Source of the DNA: Akkermansiaceae bacterium
GTDB taxonomy: Bacteria; Verrucomicrobiota; Verrucomicrobiia; Verrucomicrobiales; Akkermansiaceae
NCBI GenBank assembly: GCA_031419275.1
Contig: JANOKJ010000185.1
Span: forward strand, 5,649 to 69,648
Direction of reading: 5' to 3'
DNA length: 64,000 nt
Within the stretch, counting starts at the first letter, position 1, and every line of letters starts with the position of its first letter. The notes beneath the pieces are model-generated. The model had not been told where the DNA came from. It searched no databases and worked only from the letters and a program-made list of their open reading frames with translations. Made by a program: the position numbers and the translations under genes. Positions 58,243-64,000 of this stretch are shown here, piece by piece.

Positions 58243-60419
58243 TGATGGATTTTAAACGAAAAATTATCCGGCCTTATGTTTTAGGGATTATTGGCGGGGT
58301 TGGTTTGTTTTTTGTTTTCCAATACGTGACCGCGCTCATGCGTTTGAGTGGTGGATCGGGAGCCATGAAGAATAAGTTCAGCGTGCTTGCTCAGGATAAG
58401 TATATGGGTTTCCTGATTATCCAGAATCTCTACGTGCTTTTAGGTTACGTGATTCTGGCAATTTTATTCACGTTGGTTCTCTGCCCCTTGGTAGATTTGG
58501 TTTCAAAGAAAATACCTAGCCGGACATGGTGGATGAATGTTTTGGCAGGTTTAGTAGGGAGTTTTTTAATCCATGGATTTTTCACTCTACGCTTGGTTAA
58601 GACGCGTCCTTATTTCCTGGATGATGCGAAGTTTGGGTATTGGTATTTTGAAATTTTAAACGTCGTTCCTGAATCCGCCAAACCTGTGGTGTTCTTTGTT
58701 ATTTTCACGGCTCTTCCCTGGGCTATATTGGGTTACGCAGGTTGGTGGTATTATCGTAATCTGAGTAAGAAAGGACGAATGGTTGCAGGTGCGTTGTTGC
58801 TGTGTTTGGGTGGATTCCTTTTTTGGAAATTCAATCCAGCGTCCACTGGATCAGAGTCGGCTGGGAAAACGGAGGATAAAAAACGTTTGAATGTGATCAT
58901 CATTGGATCGGATTCGTTGCGTGGAGATAAGCTGGGTTATACAGGATATCGTTCGCGTCGCACCGATGGGGCAGCTGCTGCTGGAGTTTCGCCTAATATC
59001 GATGCGCTAGCGAAGCGATCGATCAATATGGCAAATTGTCTGACGCCTATCGCATCGACTTTGGAGTCCGGGACGACGTTGATGAGTTCTCAGTATCCGC
59101 ACACGCATGGATTCCGGCAGATGTATCCGAGTGAGGAAACCGTGAAGGCGGCGAAGGCGAGTATTTCTCCGATTGCGGAAATTTTACGAAAAGACGGATA
59201 CGATACGGCCGCGATTGGGGATTGGTGTGCGGGGTATTATGAAGTGATGCCATTGGGATTTGAGCATATTTCGGTATCGAGTTATGATAATTTCAAAATC
59301 TACATGAGTCAGGCGGTGGTGTTGGCGCATTTTGTGATACCGCTCTATTTCGATCATGACATTGGTTATGATATTTTTCCTCAACTGGGATCGTTCGCGC
59401 AATTTGTGACGCCTAAAGTAGTGACGAACCGAGTGACTCAGCGCTTGGATCAGGTGGCGAAAACGGGTGAGCCGTTTTTCTGGCATGTATTTTATTCCTG
59501 CAACCACCTCCCGTATCGGAATCCTGAGCCTTATTCGAGCATGTTCACCGATCCGCATTATGAAGGTCCTAACAAAAACGGGGTCGCGTTTGATATTGAT
59601 GAATTCATTGGCGGAACGGATTTGGAAAACAAGTGGAAGGCGCTTCCGGATAAGGAGATCCAGCAGATCCGGGATTTGTATGATGGCTGCACGAGGCAGT
59701 TCGATGACAACGTCGGTGATATTTTAAAGGCTCTGGAAAAAAGCGGTCTCGCAGATAACACCATCGTGATCATCACCGCGGATCATGGAGATAATCTATA
59801 CGAAGAAGGCGTGACTTTAGGTCATGGCCTGACGTTTAACGGCGGGCTTCAGGCGAACCATATTCCTTTGCTTGTGCGACTTCCAAATGCGGAGCCGCGA
59901 ACCATTCCTGAGCAAGTGCGGCTTATTGATATTTTGCCGACTCTCGCCGATCTATTAGAAGTGGAGAAGCCGTCTAACTGGGAAGGTCAGAGCTTTTCAA
60001 AATGGTTAGATGGAAGTGAAACGCCGAAGAGCCGTGCGTTTTATGGTGAAACCGGATTTCCGTTCATCCAGTTCCGAGTGAAAGGCATTGAGCGTCCTAA
60101 GCTTCCGCCGATGGACCAGATGACAGGTATTGATGAATCATTTAATTACCAGTTCGTGTTAAAGAAAGAGTATGAACAGCCATTGGTTCAAGCGAAGCAG
60201 CGTTGCTTGGCGACCGAGAAATGGAAATTGATCTGCACACCGACCATAGAAGGGGAACGCCACTTTGGGTTGTTTCAAAGGGAGGGGGCGGATTTCAGTT
60301 TGGTGGATGTTTCCGCAGAACATCCACAGGTGACCGAAGCGATGCGCGCCGCGCTTGAGCAGTGGATGGATGAGCGGGTGGAAACGCCACTGGATGCAAT
60401 TTTTCCGCAAGGCGAGTGA
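58239..60419 (+). CDS. Membrane-anchored sulfatase-like hydrolase/transferase
   Basis: About 5 N-terminal TMs; NVIIIGSDSLR, SPNIDALA, TADHG, GHG, LIDILPTL; lacks CxPxR. Confidence 0.85.
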   Translation: MMMDFKRKIIRPYVLGIIGGVGLFFVFQYVTALMRLSGGSGAMKNKFSVLAQDKYMGFLIIQNLYVLLGYVILAILFTLVLCPLVDLVSKKIPSRTWWMNVLAGLVGSFLIHGFFTLRLVKTRPYFLDDAKFGYWYFEILNVVPESAKPVVFFVIFTALPWAILGYAGWWYYRNLSKKGRMVAGALLLCLGGFLFWKFNPASTGSESAGKTEDKKRLNVIIIGSDSLRGDKLGYTGYRSRRTDGAAAAGVSPNIDALAKRSINMANCLTPIASTLESGTTLMSSQYPHTHGFRQMYPSEETVKAAKASISPIAEILRKDGYDTAAIGDWCAGYYEVMPLGFEHISVSSYDNFKIYMSQAVVLAHFVIPLYFDHDIGYDIFPQLGSFAQFVTPKVVTNRVTQRLDQVAKTGEPFFWHVFYSCNHLPYRNPEPYSSMFTDPHYEGPNKNGVAFDIDEFIGGTDLENKWKALPDKEIQQIRDLYDGCTRQFDDNVGDILKALEKSGLADNTIVIITADHGDNLYEEGVTLGHGLTFNGGLQANHIPLLVRLPNAEPRTIPEQVRLIDILPTLADLLEVEKPSNWEGQSFSKWLDGSETPKSRAFYGETGFPFIQFRVKGIERPKLPPMDQMTGIDESFNYQFVLKKEYEQPLVQAKQRCLATEKWKLICTPTIEGERHFGLFQREGADFSLVDVSAEHPQVTEAMRAALEQWMDERVETPLDAIFPQGE

Positions 60420-60425
60420 TTGTTA

Positions 60426-60723
60426 CCAATCCCAAAGGGATTATGTATCCCAGCCCAGGGTTGGCACAACCCTGGGTATGGATGGAAATGATTTTAAAAC
60501 CCTGGAGGGGTTTTGGAGTGAGAGGTTCGTTTCTAACAACCGAATATATAACCGCCCATTCTGCTCCAGAACGCTTTCAGCGTTCCTGCTCTTTATGATC
60601 TGATTCCAGGGGTTGTTCCAACCCCTGGCTGGGATACATAATCCCTTTGGGATTGGAATGCTGGATAGGATTCTATGGGTTGTACCAAACTCTGGCTGGG
60701 ATGCGTAATCCCGTTGGGATTGG
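60426..60723. repeat. Composite palindromic repeat cluster (CCAATCCCAAAGGGATT family)
   Basis: About 50-nt arms at 60426-60476 and inverted at 60606-60656; third copy at 60677-60723; smaller palindromes nested inside. Confidence 0.85.
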
Positions 60724-60732
60724 GATGTCGGA

Positions 60733-62910
60733 TCACTTTGCCGGGATACGGGTTCTGGATGACGAGTAGCCCGGGGCTTCTGCGGAAATTTCCCATGCGC
60801 CACCAGGTTCCAGATCTTTTTGTGGGGCGAGTTGGAGGGTGCTTTCTAGAGCGCCGCTGGTTTGAGTGCTTCCGTTAGATAAGGCGAGGATGGCTGCGAT
60901 GAGTTTGTCCGCGTCAGCGGGTTTGAGTGCGACTTGTGGAGGCATGGGAATTTCACCCCAAACACCACCGCCACCGGTTTTCAATTTGTTTTTCAGATGC
61001 TCAGAGGCGTCTTTTTGATCGCGGTATTTGAGTGCGACATCGAAATAGGAGGGTCCGATTGATGGGGCGTCGACCTGGTGGCAGGCGAGGCATTGGTTGA
61101 CTTTGGCGAGTTCGGCAGGGACGGGTTCGAATTGCGGGCCGCCGGAATCGTGGCCAGTTGGCGGGATGTAGCGTGCGCGGACTTTGAGTTGTTTTGGATC
61201 GGGATTTGTCTTGGCGCTGACTTTGTATTTCACCGTCTCTCCGAAACCGAGTTTTGCCGGCACCTTCTCAAGCTCAAGAGCGAGGGTTTGTTGTTCCTTC
61301 GCGGCTGTTAGAGAAACGCGTGCGACGGTTTTTGCGCCTTTGTCGTCTTCGGCGACGGCACGGATTTCCTCAAAAGTTCCAGATGGGATGACCACGCTGG
61401 AGCCGGTGCCGAGCTTGCGTTCGTTGGCACCTTCGGAGAGATACCAAGTGACCGTGAGTTTGCCGCCTTCTGGGTCGGCGGCTTGATTGACCGAGTAGCC
61501 CTTCTCGACTCCATCGGTGGGTTTGATGGTGAGGGTGGGAGGTTTGTTTTCGTTGTCGGGAATGAGTCGATAGACGCCACCGTTTTTATTGAAATACCAA
61601 TCGGAGCCGTATTCGAGCAGAACAAGAGATCCATCCTGATCCATTTCGAGATCCATGGGATGGACGAGTTTTTCGAGCAGGATTTCCATTTTCTCGAACT
61701 TCTCGTCGGCGGTGAGTTTAGTTTTAAAAATCTTTCCGCGCATCCAATCGTAGTTGAGCAGGGTCATGTTTTCTTCTTTGGAGAGGACGTTGTATTTTCT
61801 ATCAGATTCGTAATAAAAAACCGGACCCGCCATGGCATTGCGTCCGCCTTGGCCGATGTTAGGGAACTCCTCGCTTGCTGCGTAGGGATACCAGATGAAA
61901 GCGGGTTGGGCGGGCGGCAGAGTTTTCAGCCCGGTGTTGCGCTTGCCGGGGTTTTCAGGAGCGGCGGGATCGGTCATTTTTCCGATGCTGTTGTCGGTGA
62001 AATTCCGGATGGGATAGGGTTTGTTGTTGGCGACGAGAAAAGGCCAGCCGTAGTTGCCTGCGGCTTTGGCTTGGTTGACTTCGTCGTGACCGCGTGGGCC
62101 TTCTGGTGCGTCTTCGCGTCCGTCTGGACCGACCTCGCCCCAGTAGAGGGTTTTGGTTTTTGGATCGATGGAAATGCGGAATGGATTACGGCAACCCATG
62201 ACGTAGATTTCCGGGCGAGCCTTGTCCGTGCCTTTGGGGAAAAGATTTCCGGGTGGAATTTCGTAACCCGTTTCAGTGGGTTTGATGCGCAGGACTTTTC
62301 CGCGAAGGTCGTTGGTGTTTCCTGCGGTGCGTTGGGCATCCCATGGGTCGCGACCGTCTCTATCGTCAATGGGGGCGTAGCCTTTGCTTTCGAAGGGGTT
62401 GGTGTTGTCTCCTGTCGAGAGGTAGAGCAATCCATCGGGTCCGAATTTTAAACTACCACCGTGGTGGCAGACTTTGGGTTCGCGGTTGGTGGGGATTTCG
62501 ATGAGTTTGAGTTCCGAGGAGAAATCGATTTTGCCATCTTTCAAGGTGAAGCGGGACAGCCGATTCATGATCGCATCCGCCACGCTGTAGTAGAGAAAGA
62601 TGCGTTGGTTTTTTGCAAAGTTCGGATCGAGAGCGATTCCGTGAAGCGCGTCCTCGCGTCCATACATGTTTTTCGGATTGTCGCTTCTAACCGTTTGAAC
62701 GGGAATGATGCCGATCTCGAAAATTCCACCCGTGTTGGGGTTGATCCGCAGAACCCGGCCTTCGCGCTCGACGACATAAAAATCACCGTTAGGAGCGATG
62801 GCGATTTCCATGGGATCGTTGAGGCCGGTGGCGATGGTTTCCTTGGCGAGAGGTGCGGCGAGGGCGCTTGTTGTGAAAAGTGCCAGCGGGAGGAGAGCGG
62901 TGAATTTCAT
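60733..62910 (-). CDS. PQQ-dependent sugar dehydrogenase (GSDH propeller) fused to cytochrome c
   Basis: HHGGSLKFGPDG.LYLSTGDNT, LRGKVLRI, GCRNPFR; CLACH, GPSY, GVWGEIPMPP. Confidence 0.9.
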   Translation of the reverse strand: MKFTALLPLALFTTSALAAPLAKETIATGLNDPMEIAIAPNGDFYVVEREGRVLRINPNTGGIFEIGIIPVQTVRSDNPKNMYGREDALHGIALDPNFAKNQRIFLYYSVADAIMNRLSRFTLKDGKIDFSSELKLIEIPTNREPKVCHHGGSLKFGPDGLLYLSTGDNTNPFESKGYAPIDDRDGRDPWDAQRTAGNTNDLRGKVLRIKPTETGYEIPPGNLFPKGTDKARPEIYVMGCRNPFRISIDPKTKTLYWGEVGPDGREDAPEGPRGHDEVNQAKAAGNYGWPFLVANNKPYPIRNFTDNSIGKMTDPAAPENPGKRNTGLKTLPPAQPAFIWYPYAASEEFPNIGQGGRNAMAGPVFYYESDRKYNVLSKEENMTLLNYDWMRGKIFKTKLTADEKFEKMEILLEKLVHPMDLEMDQDGSLVLLEYGSDWYFNKNGGVYRLIPDNENKPPTLTIKPTDGVEKGYSVNQAADPEGGKLTVTWYLSEGANERKLGTGSSVVIPSGTFEEIRAVAEDDKGAKTVARVSLTAAKEQQTLALELEKVPAKLGFGETVKYKVSAKTNPDPKQLKVRARYIPPTGHDSGGPQFEPVPAELAKVNQCLACHQVDAPSIGPSYFDVALKYRDQKDASEHLKNKLKTGGGGVWGEIPMPPQVALKPADADKLIAAILALSNGSTQTSGALESTLQLAPQKDLEPGGAWEISAEAPGYSSSRTRIPAK

Positions 62911-63104
62911 GGATGGGAAAATGGATGAGTTGTGAGTTCAGGATGGAGCGATGTGAACGAAACTGTTTCTGATATTCGGTGGTTAGGCGAACTCATTATG
63001 AAAATTCCTTGCTGAATCAATGGGTATCTATTCAGTCTGGGGATGTGTGAATCCTTGGATAGGTTGTCTTTGGATCATGGAAACAATTACTGTTGAGCTA
63101 AACT

Positions 63105-63410
63105 ATGAACATCTTCGAGTTAACCGTCATCGCCTCTCCACTTGCTGGAGCAATAGCAGGCGGGGTGGCTGTTAAAGCTCCGGGCATTGGCTGGCTGATG
63201 CTTGGTGTAGCCGTGGGATTGGTAATTGGTCTGGCGTTGTATTTGGTAGCCATTTGCCTCAGTGGTTTTTTTGCTCGTTTTTGCATGGCGGAGAAGTTGA
63301 ACCCGTTACAGTGGCTCGCCTCCCTGATGGCAGTTTTGTTACCTGCTGCATCCCCATTTGCAGCTTGGGCACTTTCCGTCTTCGTTGTCGCGGGAGTATT
63401 TCACCTCTGA
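63105..63410 (+). CDS. Small hydrophobic hypothetical protein
   Basis: 101-aa ORF with about 3 TMs filling an intergenic gap. Confidence 0.6.
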   Translation: MNIFELTVIASPLAGAIAGGVAVKAPGIGWLMLGVAVGLVIGLALYLVAICLSGFFARFCMAEKLNPLQWLASLMAVLLPAASPFAAWALSVFVVAGVFHL

Positions 63411-63458
63411 AACGAAGGCAAATAAGGACAGATTAATCAAATTTTTAAAAAGCGAATC

Positions 63459-64000
63459 ATGTGGCAAAAAATCAAAGAAATCTTCAGCAGCGAAGAATCT
63501 GTGGAGTCTGTTTTCAAAGAGGAGTGGATAGGGATGCTGGAGGAAAATGTTCCGCTGTATTCGTTTTTGCCTGAGGAGCTTCGGCCTCTTTTGCATGAGC
63601 GGATTGGCAGTTTTATTTCATCGACACGTTTTGAGGGATGCAACGGGCTTGAACTGACCGAGGAAATGATTCTAACCGTTTCAGCCCAGGCATGTATGCT
63701 TGTCCTGCATCGGAAAGGGGAGCCTTATCCGGAATTGCGGAATGTGTATCTTTATCCGAGTTCGTTCAGCTCGGTGATGAAAAAACAGAACGCTCATGGC
63801 GTGGTGACGGAGGGAGAAGTTCATCGGTTGGGAGAATCTTGGGAAACCGGCACGGTGATTTTATCGTGGTCGGCCGCCGAGCATGGCGCGCGGAATATTC
63901 ACGATGCGGAAAATGTGACCTTCCATGAATTTGCTCATCAGTTGGATCACGAAGATGGCGCAACCGATGGAGCTCCGGGGCTTTCGAGTCGCGAGGCATA
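63459..64000 (+). CDS. MtfA/M90 zinc-dependent peptidase (runs off window end)
   Basis: Not in the ORF track. Manual translation MWQKIKEIF...VSAQACML...YLYP...LGESW..G..ILSW...NVTFHEFAHQLD. Confidence 0.88.
   Translation, partial: MWQKIKEIFSSEESVESVFKEEWIGMLEENVPLYSFLPEELRPLLHERIGSFISSTRFEGCNGLELTEEMILTVSAQACMLVLHRKGEPYPELRNVYLYPSSFSSVMKKQNAHGVVTEGEVHRLGESWETGTVILSWSAAEHGARNIHDAENVTFHEFAHQLDHEDGATDGAPGLSSREA

Noticed and set aside
61483-62451. 322-aa plus-strand ORF
   Set aside because: Antisense to the well-supported GSDH gene

Overview
This looks like a mostly core-genome window from a bacterium. The gene content (DUF1080, GYF_2 proteins, pseudopilin-like paralogs, GSDH-cytochrome c fusion, scarce Shine-Dalgarno sites) suggests Verrucomicrobiota, possibly Luteolibacter-like; that assignment is inference. 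There are about 57 CDS. Housekeeping genes include tdh-kbl, hemL, hemB, pdxA, pdxJ-acpS, tcdA, priA, typA, gatB, hom, queE, rsfS, rnd, trpF, tatD and thiG. Also present are a Phd/VapC toxin-antitoxin pair, a SWIM-SNF2 helicase and a CarH/LitR B12 photoreceptor. I saw no rRNA, tRNA, CRISPR array, integrase or transposase. Intergenic DNA carries several families of small repeats (GTAG/GGAG REP/REPIN palindromes, 7-mer and 9-mer tandem arrays in inverted pairs). The best candidates for new biology are: (1) a BlaI-type winged-helix domain fused in frame to a 122-aa K/A/P histone-H1-like tail, the architecture of a eukaryotic linker histone, with a probable internal start; (2) three tandem pseudopilin-like paralogs lacking the prepilin motif, each boundary marked by the same REP; (3) two GYF_2-CD225 (IFITM-family) genes plus DUF2752; (4) a divergent glycolipid synthase / Thr-type sulfatase-fold locus resembling ugtP/ltaS. 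All calls come from reading motifs by eye; no database searches were run.
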